NCBI GenBank assembly: GCA_028534125.1
Contig: CM052816.1
Location: 83,702,001-83,766,000 of the forward strand
Source of the DNA: Lama glama
Lineage: Eukaryota
Length of the DNA stretch: 64,000 bases
Direction: 5' to 3'
The notes beneath the pieces are model-generated. The model did no database searches and was not told where the DNA came from. It worked only from the letters and a program-made list of their open reading frames with translations. Shown here one piece after another: positions 1-13,829 of the stretch. Positions within the stretch are counted from its first letter, which is position 1, and each line of letters starts with the position of its first letter. The translations under genes and the position numbers were made by a program.

Positions 1-13
1 TTTTTTGTCAACG

Positions 14-432
14 TGTAACTGAGTCAGATGAGAAATCGGTCAAAATTCTGGAAGGAAATAGATGACACATAAATTGGTAGTTGAACAATGTTTACTGAGG
101 ACATGGTCACAAAGGTGTAGGTAGAGCCAAGGAAAACACAACAAGATGGTGAAGCTCCCAGCATCTAGCCATATTGGGGAACTATTACCATCTTTAGGAC
201 TAAGGAGAAAGGGAAGAAGCAGCAAGAATAAATAACCTAAGTTACCTTTTCTCATTCATTCTCACTTCTTCTGTGGCTCTCATCTCTTGTTGGTCCTTTG
301 ACCAATATCAAGTAGAAACCAGAGAACAAGGAAGCCCAGATGATACACTATGGTGACATCAGATTCAGGGCACAGGGAAGATAGGAAATGGGGGGAATTA
401 CATTTGGAAGACAAAACAGTGAATATTCAAAA
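14..432. mobile_element. Ancient degraded solo LTR (LTR78/LTR79/LTR67B-like)
   Basis: Motifs 'caagatggtgaagctcccagcatctagc', 'ttaccatctttaggactaagg' and 'agaaaccagagaacaaggaagccc...cagggcacaggg' resemble recalled consensus of old eutherian LTRs. Confidence 0.5.
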
Positions 433-739
433 CCCATGCTAAACCAGGGCACCTTGCTCTCAAAAAACAAGCAAATGAACAAAAAAACCCAGATCTACTT
501 ATCTTGATTCAGATTTACAAGCTATAATGACCCTTCAACCTAAAATATCAAGATTGTATATATATTTTCTAGTGTTTTTAGACTGGCATATAAAATCAAC
601 TCCTGTGGATATTTTCGCTAATTTTACATTTTTCTATGTATATAATACATCACAGTTTCTTCAGTAATTGCAATAGTAAGTCTTCATCAAAAAATGATTG
701 CCCATGAAACAGGAAAATTGGTGAAAGTTAAACGACTGG

Positions 740-1118
740 ATTACTTCCATAGTTGTAGGTAAAGATAGCAAGGGATGATAGCAAAGTACCTGGTGCTAGC
801 AAAGGCAGGGGCAGAGGGAGGTGAAGGGAGTGGTCACATGAGCTGGAGAGGGTAGCTGTATGGGAAGTGCTATCTGATAAGAGATGTCACTTCAGCTAGA
901 GTGACATAGACACCCATGGCAACAGGTAGGGAAGAGTCCTGGGTCTTGGCTTTACTCTCTTTCATCTAATTTCCTACTGGTTCTTTCAACTGGCTAAATG
1001 GAATGAGAGAACAGAAAGCTCAGTGATGCCTTGCAGAAGGGTTGGTGTCCCAGGTCACGGGAAGGACGAAGAAGGGTAAAGAGAGCATCGGGAGGACAAA
1101 CAGAACACATCCAGCGTA
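740..1118. mobile_element. Second ancient LTR fragment of the same LTR78/79-like group
   Basis: 'caagggatgatagcaaagtacctggtgctagc' and terminal 'ggaggacaaacagaacacatccagc' parallel the element at 14-432. Confidence 0.5.
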
Positions 1119-1766
1119 TCAGGGTAATACACATTGTAACTCCTAAGTTCTAGTTCAGAATTTCTATTAATAAAGAGATGTTGAAATCTGGTGATTTTCT
1201 TTAAAAATATCCTAACTTTCCAGAGAAAGAAATCTGCTGGGGAGGCTAATAATACACTCACATTAGACCATGACAAAACCATGTGCTCTCAAAAATAGAA
1301 GGGAGTGATGTGGAAACATTGGAAGTCAGAGACAAAGAGTAAATCTAAAATTAAAGAAGCTATCCAAATTCATGTTAATAAATACCCATTATTATGACAG
1401 GTAATTTCAAGTCATGTCTCTTGTAAAAATTTGATGGACACTCAAAGTTACCAGAGTTAGTTTCAGCTCTGTTCAAGAATAAAATTCTAGACCTTGACAA
1501 AGTTAAATGACCTCTAACTTCTCACCTAAGAAAATTTCTTTTTTAAAACTGTATGAAAATCTTTTGCCGTTTTTGTACTTTGAATTTGGGGTTCTTCTTT
1601 ATTTATCTGATTAAATGTTTTTAAAGAGTTTACTAATTTAATTATTTTCTTTCAGGTATATTTTCTTTATTAATGAGGAACTTAATATCAACGTTTTTTT
1701 AGAAGCAGCAATAGTTTACACTTTAAACTTAAAAATATTTTATTTATTTATTTGCTATTGTAACAT

Positions 1767-1895
1767 TTTGTTTTATTTTATCTTGGTTAGGGGAAGTAAT
1801 TAGGTTCATTTATTTTTAGAGTTGTTACTGGGTATTGAACCCAGGACCTCAAGAATGTTAAGCATGTGCTCTACCATTTGAGCTCTACTCTCCCC
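1767..1895 (-). mobile_element. tRNA-derived camelid-type SINE (Vic-1-like)
   Basis: Reverse strand reads ggggagagtagagctcaaatggtagagcacatgcttaac...gaggtcctgggttcaatacccagt (A and B boxes), then aacctaattacttcccc and an A-rich tail. Confidence 0.9.
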
Positions 1896-3145
1896 TCAGA
1901 TTATTAAAAAAAAAAAATTTTTATTTACTATTTAAACTTTTTACTTATTGAACTAGAACAAAACAGAAATCCATATTATATTTAAGTATGAAGTGAAGAG
2001 AAATATCAGGAAATATTACTTTAATCACACTGAATTTTGGCCAAGGCACTAGCCTCAAAAAAAAAAAAAAAATACAACCAGTATTTGGAAACTATAGTTA
2101 AAAGTCTGAAACTAGAATGACACAGTGAATATTTTATTTTATTACATTTTATTTTTCTACAATTCTGTTAACATCTGGATTTATACATTTATTATATATT
2201 TTATGCAAAATTTAATGGCATATATGCATTTGTGTAGCCCATTAAAACAACTTCTTGATATAGATAGTGGAGTAGTGACTAGGAGTAGTGACTTATTTCA
2301 TTAGCACATTTTAAAGTTTAAAATTATTTGGCACCCTGTGAAAAAATATTCAACAAATATAATAATAAGACAATATTTCAGTTTTTTTAATTTTTTAAGA
2401 TTATACATATCTTTTAAATTGTTTGTATAATAAAAAAAATTGTAAAAAGTCAAAACATATTTTCTCCACCAGTAACACTATTTAATTAAAAAAATAATCA
2501 CAGTTAATCTGGGGAAACTTCCATGATTGAAGCCTTATGATATGGCATTTCAATATCCCTTATTAATATCAAGATTAAATATTTCTATTTTTAAATGTCA
2601 GGATTTTTTAATACTAGAATTCAGGTGGTTGAAAATATTTACTTGGCCTTAGCTTGACTGATCTGATCTGTAAGAAAATAATGCTTAGCAATAAGATAGA
2701 TTAGAAATATAATTAAAAGACAAACAAAATAATGTAATGTATTTGTATCTTTTCAAAATAGCAGAGTGCAAATTAGTATACCTTTTTTTAAATGCTTTAA
2801 CTTAATTTCTAATATTCTGTTAAAAGCTGTGAAATGATTTACTAAGTTTAATATTCTTGTTCCATTAATTGAGTTTATTTTAGGAAAAAGAAAATCTTTT
2901 GGAAAACTTTCTAAATGAAAAAAAGATTTAAGCACTTTTAAAATAAATTGTTTTAAAGGAAAACACTACACAGTGAGAAAATGATTAATAGATAATTAAA
3001 AGTAATGTTCAAAGATAGGCAAATTGAAATTTTATGTCTTTGGATACATATCACATTAAATCTCTTAATCAGCAACCCCCTGATACATCCTTTCAGATTT
3101 AGTTGATTCAAAGTATTTCATTCCCTTCTCATATATAAAAATAAC

Positions 3146-3172
3146 CACACACATACACACACACACACACAC
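3146..3172. repeat. (CA)n microsatellite
   Basis: cacacatacacacacacacacacac seen directly. Confidence 0.9.
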
Positions 3173-3659
3173 TCACAGTCTCAATAAATTGTACATATTA
3201 CACATATAAAGTAAGTACATGGTTTGCTGTTTATTATTTAATAAAAATAAGTACATTAGTAAATAAGAATAAATAAACAAGTAAAATTGTGCAACCTTCT
3301 AAACCAAATATAAACTCTATAGTACTTTTATTTCATAATCCTTTTTTGCATAATATTTAAATTACATAAATTGTTATGAACTTTTAAAGGGAAAGGATAT
3401 GTTAGACAAATTCTCAATCCTAGCAAATTGACATAGTTAGTTTAATTCATTTCTGTGTCAGTTCCTCATGGGAGGCAACATAACTTGGCAGAATGTGAAG
3501 TGGGGGTCAGCTAGACCTCTCCTACATGCCAGCACTGACATTTGTGTTGGTGAGTTTAGAGTTATTATACTTTGAATCACAGAATTTCTTTCTTTAAAGT
3601 TGGCATAAATACGAATAATCACGTTAAATTTATGCAGTGAAACATGAATTACCACAGCA

Positions 3660-3820
3660 TAAATTAAGATTTTAAACAGGCTTCAATTAAATTGAGTCAA
3701 GTCTTACCTCCAAGTAAGTTCAGGGTGGATCTCTTTTTGCTGGTAAATAAATTGTAAAAAGGATTTTGGTGTTCAGGATTGTTTTGATTTTGGAATTGAA
3801 TATGGATTTGTATCACTGAA
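3660..3820. mobile_element. Old Tigger-like DNA transposon fragment
   Basis: 'ttttggtgttcaggattgttttgattttggaattg...ggatttgtatcactg' resembles recalled ends of ancient Tigger MITEs. Confidence 0.35.
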
Positions 3821-3821
3821 C

Positions 3822-4010
3822 TCACCTATGGGTGACAAAACTACTCAGAGGTTAATTAAATGGTCCTAAAAAAACACACCAAAATGATGAAATCAGGATT
3901 AAAACAAAGCAGTAGTTTTTATAGAGGCCAAGCTCTTAACCATTTCCTTATGCTGCCTTCATAAGATTATTGTGAGGATAAAGTAAAATAATTCATTTAA
4001 ACTTCTTATA
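3822..4010. mobile_element. MIR fragments (minus piece then plus piece)
   Basis: 'ctcagaggttaattaa...gctcttaaccatt...tgctgcct' followed by 'tcataagattattgtgaggataaag'. Confidence 0.55.
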
Positions 4011-5459
4011 GCTACTGCTATGTGGAAAGTCTTGGATAAGAGACCTTCTCCCCTTCTCAGCTCCTTTTCTATTCCCTCAAAACTGCCCCACACTCCACCA
4101 TCCGTGTTCAATGAAATAGTTCTTGAGGGACATGACCTGTAATCTATCAATTTGTTCTGGCCAGGTTCAATATTCCTGAAGTCTTATTCTGAAAATCACA
4201 TTTACATGTGATTTCTGTGACTTCAGAATCGCCAGGATCCACATATTATTTGTCTTCTGACCACTGCTCTAGTTTTCTACCAGTCTCTGAGTATAAATGT
4301 AATTAATAATTTCATTTAGAAAAAAACGCTGGAAAAATGAAAAATAGGAAGATAAGAAAATAAATGTAGACAAATTAGACAAATGTAGACTAGAACCCTA
4401 ATTAAAATCTAGGCTCCTTAACTGAGCAATCAGCTCTCATGACACCTATGTTCTTGATGGTCAGTCAATTTCATAATCTTTGTTTGATAGACAAAGCACA
4501 CAATATTACTGTGTTTTAATTCACTGACGAAGCTTATTGGAGCCTTTATTTATGAGAAGTTGGTGCATTATTGGTTACTATCAATTTATAAAACATCAGT
4601 TCCTGTTAACACTCCCTGAATCATTCATTAAAATTTTGTTTCCTGTATCTCAAAACATAAGTCATTCAGAATGACTTTGAAAGAAGTACATGCTAGTGGT
4701 ATCAAATGTTGCTGTCAATATAGCATTAATATGCCTAACTGGAGCACCTGTTCCCCAATAATACATATTCAGTCTAAAAGATTTCCTAAGAGATAGTAAT
4801 TTAATCCTTAGGAATAATCTAGTTGTGGTTATTTCAAGTTCAGTGGCCCTCTGATAAGAGATACATTTTGTACCAGAAATTAGTTTTTAGTTTCTCTATT
4901 TCACTATCAAGTCAAAAATAAAATATTTAAATTCTGAGTCCAATAATTATGTATAGCTCTAAGAGTCTGTAATCTTCTCTTCAGACCCAGAAGAGTTGGA
5001 AATAGAACTCCTTTTCCTTTGTTGAGTTTTCTCTTGGCAAGTTTGCATGTGAGTAATGCACTGGTGTCCATGTGGCTAAGGGGAGAAATACATACTTCAA
5101 GTTGAATGGCTAACTATATTGAAGAAGACATTATTACAATATGCTATCATGAATGAAATCTCAGTTAAAATTGGGTTCAAGTATCATATAAAAAAAGATT
5201 CTCTAATACATCAAAAACTAATTGTAAATGATTTAATCTAAGATTTAATTAAGTGTTCATTACAAGGAAATGAAAATGAGAGTAGCTAAGACCTGCGATC
5301 ACTCGATTTTCAGACAAATGATAATTATGTTTTTTTTCACTTTGCAATGGATATTGGAAGAAGACAGTGTTATAACAGAGTACAGAAAATTAGCTCTTGA
5401 ATCACATATATATAGCTGTTTTACATGAAGCTTAAATTGAGGACTCTCATTTGCGTCTT

Positions 5460-5655
5460 CTTACCTCACAGTCTTGAGCATGCCTTTACTCTGTTAGATA
5501 CTAATTAATAGATGAGAAAATTAGGCTTACGCATATTCAGTAACTTAACAAGTTTCCCCAGTAGCATAGTATGCAACTGGTACCCTTGAGAGAGCTTTTA
5601 TCTCAGTAACCTTGATTCCAAGTTTGTGTGCTTGATAGCATGTTTTATTCCTGCT
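5460..5655 (-). mobile_element. MIR fragment
   Basis: 'atagatgagaaaattaggctt...agtaactt' core motif. Confidence 0.5.
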
Positions 5656-5874
5656 TAAAGCTCAGGGTTTCTAACCTGTTTCTCTCTCAAGTATGTAATT
5701 CTTTTTGCTAGTCTGTAACTGCTTTATAAACTGTGATTTTCTCTGAATCATCTGTTTTTTAAAAGAATGCTTGCAACTTTACCTAACTTTCTGCTCCTCC
5801 TTGACTCTTTGCACATGTCAGATCTTCCTTCTACATGTCATGTTTCATCTCAGCTGATAATTAGAAATTGATGA

Positions 5875-6320
5875 ACGCAGTCTCCCAAATTTTCATCTTT
5901 ATTTTGACTCTGCAGATCAATTTTCAACCTTTCTTCACTCTGCTGTCCACCCTGGGATGTTGACTTATATGGACTGCATTGGTGGTCTCCCTTGGCTTCT
6001 ACTTCTGGGAAAGTGTTGCCAAGAGGGAGCAGATGTTAGGAGGAAATAGGAGAAGGAGATGAGGGTATTTATCCCATGGCTTCCTCTGTAGTTATTGGGG
6101 CTGCCTGTGTTCCAGGCGCATTGTCCTTATAACTGCTCTCTGCCCTATTCTAGGGTCTCTTTGGGCATAGGTGCCCACATCCTGCTACCTCACCAGGGAA
6201 GCTACATTATCTTTTATTGTTTTCTTCACCTTGTATCAATGGCCATTTTAAAAAAAAATATTTAAATTGTCCCACAATATGTTTGCCACCTATTTCCTAC
6301 TGGGACGATGACTCTACACA
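5875..6320 (+). mobile_element. LTR33-like ERVL solo LTR
   Basis: 'ttgacttatatggactgcatt', 'gagggtatttatccc' and end 'tgccacctatttcctactgggacgatgactctaca' resemble LTR33. Confidence 0.6.
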
Positions 6321-7968
6321 GCCAATTATTTGGCCAAAATAATACAAAATAATTATACATAGTGGTATGATTCTCAATTTAAATCATTAATAAGTCATTA
6401 AAGCTTATACTATTCCAAATAAATCAACAGAATATTGTTTCCTGCATGAGAGAGAATTTATTAATGGCAGAAGAATATTAAGCAGGAAAATTGACACAAT
6501 GGCACATGGAAATCATTTGAAAAAATAAATAGAACTGTATTTCTATTTCTATAGCTTTTCTTTGTCACTGTCCTGGCTTTTCTTAGAATTAGTTCCTAAG
6601 TTGTGATCCCAAGAATGTGGAGCACATGAAAGCAAAAGAAGATCAATCAGAAATCAATCGATGTGCATAATTACCTGGGAATTCAAAAGACAAATGAAGG
6701 ATCTCTGCTTGCATAATGAAACCCTTAGTCTTTTAAAGGCATTTTACAAGGATTTTTTGAAACTACCATCTGATATTTCACTCACCACTATAAAATAAGA
6801 TAATATAAAGCTAGCATTTGTCAAAGATTAAAGTTATACCGTAAGTGTGATTTATTTTTCATTTGTGTTAATTGCATTTACGAGAGTTAGATGTAAATGG
6901 GCTCCTTTGGGACACTAGACATAACTGACTCACTCCTCATGTTCTACCTGAAGCACAGTTGTGAGGCCCTATGACTGACATGTTGATTTCCTCTCAGTAG
7001 GGTGACATAATTAATGTGACCTTTTGATAAGGTGGGAGACACAGGGTGAGACAAGTGCTCTCTGGAGAGCTATTAGCAGCTTCTGAGCAATTTGCTAATA
7101 GTGGAGCTACCTATATTAAAATCATACAGTTAAGAAGATAATTGACAACCATAATAATGAGTATGTACAGGGAAGGGAGAGAGTATAAAGTGAAATGAAA
7201 CTGTTAATTACTTTAAAAATGATGAACTTTCAGGGCTAAGTAAACTGTATTTTGGGAACTCTGGTTTTGAAAACACAATGAATAAGTTTAATAAGTCTGT
7301 AAGACATTATTGACCTACCCTGTTGGAAAATTATGTCTTTATTTCTACTGTCAGATAATATTTTTGCTAAAGTTTTCAAGAATATTTTGTCAACATTCAA
7401 CCCCAGATACGGTAATACATATGTGTAGAGAAGGCAAGAAAAGTTCATACTTAAGCATGTGCTGTCTTTGCATTCTGTTTTAAAAGACCTCCTTATATTC
7501 TAAATTATATTATAATTTAAAACCTGTCACATGATATGCTGATCAGTTAGTCTATCGTGATTAACAGACTTATGAAGCCACATGTGTACTTGAAAAGCTT
7601 ATTTTCCTGAATTAAAAGTGATGTGACAGAAAAATGATTCCTGATGCTTTTTCTAGCTTTCAGAATTCACCAGCGTGCCTACTAGATCATCAGGAGCTCT
7701 CTGCTCATACAGACTCTGGTGTTTAGCTGTTGTTTTTAATTAGTTGTGGTTAATTAACAAGGTCAATTTATACTTGTAAACTGCAAATTTGAAATGAGAA
7801 GAGGAGGTTTTAGAAAAATGGGACACTATAGAAGAAAGGAAGATAGAGTGAAACATTATTACTGTTATGTTTATTTTTCTTCAAATATACTTCTAATCAA
7901 ATTTTATATTTTGACAGGTCAGGAGAACAAAATAGCTACATTTTCTCTTGTCAAGAATAACAACAGTA

Positions 7969-8117
7969 TGGGGGGTGGGGGAGGAAAGGGTACAGCTCAT
8001 TGGCAGAGCGCTTGCCTAGCATGCATGAGGTCCTGGACTCAATGCCCATACCTCCATTAAAATAAATAAATAAACCTTATTACCCCTCCAAGAAAAAACC
8101 AAAAACAAACAAAAAAG
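7969..8117 (+). mobile_element. tRNA-derived camelid-type SINE with TSD
   Basis: gggtacagctcattggcagagcgcttgcctagcatgcatgaggtcctggactcaat...aaataaataaaccttattacccc plus A tail; direct repeat aacaacagta at 7959-7968 and 8118-8127. Confidence 0.92.
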
Positions 8118-8525
8118 AACAACAGTACTGATGTAACCTGTGTTACCCAATCACATAGTGAAATATTACTTTTGAATGATTATCCTTAGCAATCCAACAT
8201 AGTTTTGATTCTTAAGCACATGCACTCTGAATGTTTGGCTGAGCTTTTGATTCATTTTTATAAGTGTAGATATGTTCTTATGGGGTTTCCAGGCAATTGA
8301 GATACTAACTTTTGCTCTCTTCTACATTGTGCAGTAACAAAGTCATTTGATTTTGTTCTTCAGTGTTACTTTGGACAGAAGCTAAAGCTTACTGCATTTG
8401 AATTATTATTTTATATGCTCTAAAAGTTAACAAATATATAATTATATTTCACAAGTGAAGAAAAAAATACATGCTTTTAGTAGGGTTCCTGACTGTAGAG
8501 TTTAGCAAATTAAATGAATGGATTT

Positions 8526-9569
8526 TTTTTTACATTTTTTATTGATTCATAATCATTTTACAGTGTTGTGTCAAATTCCAGTGTTCAGCACAATTTTTCA
8601 GTCATTCATGGACATATACACACTCATTGTCACACTTTTTTCTCTGTGATTTATCATAACATTTTGTGTATATTTCCCTGTGCTATACAGTGTAATCTTG
8701 TTTATCTATTCTACAATTTTGAANNNNNNNNNNNNNNNNNNNNNNNNNNNNNNNNNNNNNNNNNNNNNNNNNNNNNNNNNNNNNNNNNNNNNNNNNNNNN
8801 NNNNNNNNNNNNNNNNNNNNNNNNNNNNNNNNNNNNNNNNNNNNNNNNNNNNNNNNNNNNNNNNNNNNNNNNNNNNNNNNNNNNNNNNNNNNNNNNNNNN
8901 NNNNNNNNNNNNNNNNNNNNNNNNNNNNNNNNNNNNNNNNNNNNNNNNNNNNNNNNNNNNNNNNNNNNNNNNNNNNNNNNNNNNNNNNNNNNNNNNNNNN
9001 NNNNNNNNNNNNNNNNNNNNNNNNNNNNNNNNNNNNNNNNNNNNNNNNNNNNNNNNNNNNNNNNNNNNNNNNNNNNNNNNNNNNNNNNNNNNNNNNNNNN
9101 NNNNNNNNNNNNNNNNNNNNNNNNNNNNNNNNNNNNNNNNNNNNNNNNNNNNNNNNNNNNNNNNNNNNNNNNNNNNNNNNNNNNNNNNNNNNNNNNNNNN
9201 NNNNNNNNNNNNNNNNNNNNNNNTTTCAGTCATTCATGGACATATACACACTCATTGTCACACTTTTTTCTCTGTGATTTATCATAACATTTTGTGTATA
9301 TTTCCCTGTGCTATACAGTGTAATCTTGTTTATCTATTCTACAATTTTGAAATCCCAGTCTATCCCTTCCCACCCTCTACCCCCCTGGTAACCACAAGTC
9401 TGTATTCTCTGTCCATGAGTCTTTAGATTCCACATATGAGCGATCTCATATGGATTTTTCTTTCTCTTTCTGGCTTACTTCACTTAGAATGACATTCTCT
9501 AGGATCTACTACTCAGCCATAAAAACCGACAACATAATGCCATTTGCAGCAACATGGATGATCCTAGAG
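8526..9569 (-). mobile_element. Young 5'-truncated L1 (3' UTR and ORF2 end) with 5' inversion, interrupted by an assembly gap
   Basis: Poly-T then L1 3' UTR (tttccctgtgctatacag, tttagattccacatatgag); inverted ORF2-end piece 9507-9570; perfect TSD atgaatggattt at 8514-8525 and 9570-9581. Confidence 0.9.
8724..9223. other. Assembly gap of 500 N
   Basis: Run of N; flanks overlap by 128 identical bases. Confidence 0.99.
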
Positions 9570-12500
9570 ATGAATGGATTTAAATTGAAGAATAAACCCA
9601 GGAATGAGGCTTTAAAAAAAAAATAAAATTAGAATATTTGAGGAATTCATGATTTCATAGTTACGGGTTGTTCCAAGATCACAAGATTATTAGAAAATAG
9701 TGCAAAATGGTCATAATCAGAATATAGGAATAATACTGCTTAATACACATCTTCTCCCAGAATGTTAAATTATAAACTGGAGGAAGTTCCAGAACCACTT
9801 TAAAATCTTCAAATATCCTATAACTTAGCCTTGCTTAGGTATACGATAGTATTAACCATATATAACACAAGTTACCTTGTTGTCACATTTTTTATTATTT
9901 CTATTTTTTTAAGCAAAGTTTTCTTGTTCAGTAAGTTTAAAATGACATTCAGGGTGGGATATATGTAATATACCACCTTAATACAGCATAATAACAAAAT
10001 GATTTCTACATATTTTTCTTATCTTTGTAAAAAGAGTGAGAAAAGGGAGTATGTTATAAATACACTAATAAAAACAATATAATTAAATGGTTTTACTTTA
10101 TAAATTAGGTTAAGGGATATAAAAATAATTGATTTAAACAAAAAGCTTTCTTACACCACTTACAAATTATTTCAGAAACATTGTGAATGCAAATGAATTT
10201 ATTTTATAAATATTCTTACTGCTTATGATAGAATTTCAAAGAGCCTCCATTGTTTTAATTTGTTCCATTCTTTTGATTCAATTACAACTCACCAAAGCTA
10301 GATCTGACTAGTACTGCAGTGTACAAAAACCAGGTCACCTAATAATTTTCTCTAAAAATGCCCTAATCAGAAATGGATGATTGTTACACCAGAAGCATCT
10401 GATTTCCTCTAAATATGTACATATTTTTATTATCAAGAAAAGCAAAAAGGAGAAAAGTAAAATATTGTTCCCCTTCCTGTGAAATTCGAATCTCATTATT
10501 GGTACTCAGTTTTAAGCCCACTAGGAAACTAAGGTAATTATGGGGTATATGATAAGAATTTTGTCAGGCAATGGACAATTAGAATGCTGTATTATTACTG
10601 GACTGTGTTATGCAATAACCTCCTCACCTACTATATGCATAAAACAAATTGTGATTTCTCAAATACTTCGTTCTATATGGAATTAATATGCTGATGAATT
10701 ATAACATTTTAATTTTTAATCAAGTTGTTGATTCAGCCAAAACAGAATTTATTTTATCTGATAAATAATTTAATTATAGGTTTCCATTAAAAACAATAAG
10801 AACCACAACATAAAATGTCAACATGATCTGCTCCATATCAATGGTGCAAAAATCCAAGCAAACAATCAAACAAACCCTCCCCATCATTTCTAAAGCTGGA
10901 CTGACTACAAAAGAGTATTTTCTTTAAATATGGAAACTTCTGTAAACACTACACTCAGGTAGCTTAAAAGAGAGAGAAAAAGCTATTTAAAAGAAGCAAC
11001 TGCTGAATAGCCAAGACATGCATTCGTATGTGCAGAGAATGAAGAAAGCCAAAAATATAAAAATACTTATTCACATAACATCTGTTGCTTGACAATGTTT
11101 CAAGTACTAAGGCTGCATGATAATTAAGATTGATAGTCTAATCCAGAGGAAGTAAATGGTTTGGTGGACTAGATATACTTAAACAAATATAGAGATATAA
11201 TGTGTTCAAGGCAATAATATGTGAAGTGAGTAAAGTATAATTTTATTGATTCTGGAGATTATGAACTGAAGGAATACAATAGTTTTTATTATTTTTAGGT
11301 GAAAACATTAGAACCTTAGTTTAATATTATTACCCCATCACACTGAATTTCTTATTTGGTTAAAAAGGGAAAATGCCTTGATTTAATATAGTCCAGTATG
11401 AAACAATATTGAAAAACTGATACAGAATGGAGATCGAGAGCAATGAAATGAAAGGTTGTTAGTTTTAAAAGTATTAAGATGATTATTGGAGTCATTGAGG
11501 AATGGTTTTAAGAAATTACATAAAGTTAGCATGTATGATCTGTGATTGATTTGTACTTTGTAACAGACATAGTACAAAAAAGGGGGACCGTTACAGTGTC
11601 TTTAAATGATTAGACAAAGATAGATGAGTTATACAGTATTTATAGGAGAATATAGTTCTGCTATTTGAGACGAAGATGGATGACTTATTTTGCCCTATCT
11701 GCCAGTGAGTAATTCTCTTCTGATACTACAACTTTCCCCACTGATGTACTGACATTTGAAGACAAAAAACCTTCCACATCAGAGAAATCAGGTCCCCTGG
11801 TATACTGTGGGCTATCAGCATCTGAATAATGAGAGCATACAATAAAAATATAAATGATAAATAAATACAGAATATAGAGTAATTTTTATAGTTCAGAAGG
11901 GATCTTCTCCACATCATAGCAGGATTTGTAATTGAAAAGTAGAAAAAGATCAGCAAAGAGGCGATGGAATGAATGCTCCCAATTCCCAGTAATGGCATGT
12001 GAGCTCATAAAGTCAACCTTTCCACAGTAAACAAATAAAACTAAAATCATTTGGTAAGATATTTAAAATATTTTAAAGATATTTATAAACTATGGAGATA
12101 GGAATTATCAACTCCTACTTTAATTAATTTATGTAAAATGTGGAAGCTCTTTTGACTGCAGGAGTTTAATCCATTTTCCTTCTTGCTTTTGCTCTGAACA
12201 AACTGCAGGGTAATTTTTTGTTGTTTTCAGTAATTTTCCACTGACCTCAACCACCACCAAGTTTCAACCTTTATGATGCCAGATTCATAGTTATCAATAC
12301 TCATGGCAATTTGAAAATTTTCTTGGTTATATTTCCTTATAAATATTTAATTAGTTTAAAGTCTATCAGTGTAATCTCATTACTGCTTTGCTTGATTGTT
12401 TATTTGATACATTTTTACTTTTTTCTCTCTTTTTAGTCCACTGAATTTCATTGACTTAGCAAATTAGTTTATGTTAGGAGATCTCCTTTTCCCATAAGTC

Positions 12501-13829
12501 ATTGCTTATGTGTAGGTTTTCAATCAATGCTTGTGAGACATTTTTGAATTTTTGAAATATATTTTTTAAATTGCAGGATACAAATTTGATTATTTTAAAC
12601 AATCCTTTTCTTTGCTAATTAAAATTCTGTTCATTCTAGGTCAGATTTTAAGATATATCTCATAATTACACAAAATACATTAAAATCATCCTTCATATGC
12701 TTTTGTCATGTAGTGTCAGTATAGCAACACAGCAATGTATAAAATCCACTGATTTTTATCAGAACTAAACATCAAGAATATAACTGAAATCACTTCAGCA
12801 TAACATGTATGAAATAAATCTGAAATTTTTCTTATTTACTTTTTAATATAAAAAGGAGTCAGTTTATTTTTTATAAGAATATTTTATAGTTTTAACAAGT
12901 GTCATGTTTCTCTTAACTTTAAAGATCTTAGTATATTTATGTTATCTGAGGAAATATACAATAGCAATCAATAACAGTTTTTGAAAAAATAAGAAAAAGA
13001 TTTTATACTTTTCTATAACCTTTATTTTATAGCCACTTATTCGTCATTTTATTAAAAATTTTGTTTTGGAAAAAAGTTCACATCAGATTCCAGAGGATTC
13101 CACTTTAAGAAATAGTTTTCTTTTAAGGAGATACAAATCTGAATGAAAAGAGTCAAAATGTCTCAGTCTTTATAAGAGGTCTATTACTGATTTATCAGTT
13201 CATTATCTTCCTAATTTCCCCATTTATAAACCTGATACATCTGATTAACTCTCTGGTGCTATTTAAAGTATCACCCATATATGATGTATCAAATGTGTGA
13301 AGGACATATTAAGATTATTTGGCTGCTTTAATAAATGATACCAGTGTGTTCCATCTTGCTAAAGAAAATGAAGAAAAACAGTAGAAATCAGAAAGTGAAA
13401 ACAGATGTCAATTTCATAGTAAAAACAATTTATATTTTGTCTCTTCTGGTTCCTAGTTGGTTAAATTTTGCTGTGTTATTTTGCTGTAATGGTAACACAG
13501 CAAAATATCCAGGGAAATATGAAATGTTTTATTCTTTGAATTATTGAAACAAAATAAATAAGTCCATAAAACTCAATTAAAAGTAATAAGTAAGAGGTAC
13601 TTGGTTTTATGTTAGTTATTCAATACATATGTAGGTACACAGTATTCGTTAAGCATTTGGAAAGAACTGTGTAAGGCACTATTTCTGTCTTCATTGAGAA
13701 CATAATCTTTAGGCAGATACATTTATTATTTAAAAAAGCAGACAATGCATTAGCTAGTCTTCAACGACAGACTACAAGTACTATGAAATATCAGACGAAA
13801 ATGAAGTCTAAGTAAATTATTTCATTGAT

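Noticed and set aside
7969..8060. tRNA-like sequences with A and B boxes (also 1.8, 27.7, 28.5 and 53.6 kb)
   Set aside because: Each has the shared SINE 3' body and an A-rich tail, most with TSD-like flanks, so they are SINEs and not tRNA genes.
8568..9426. Three long ORFs (175-248 aa) in the ORF track
   Set aside because: Mostly X from the N gap; the rest is L1 3' UTR.
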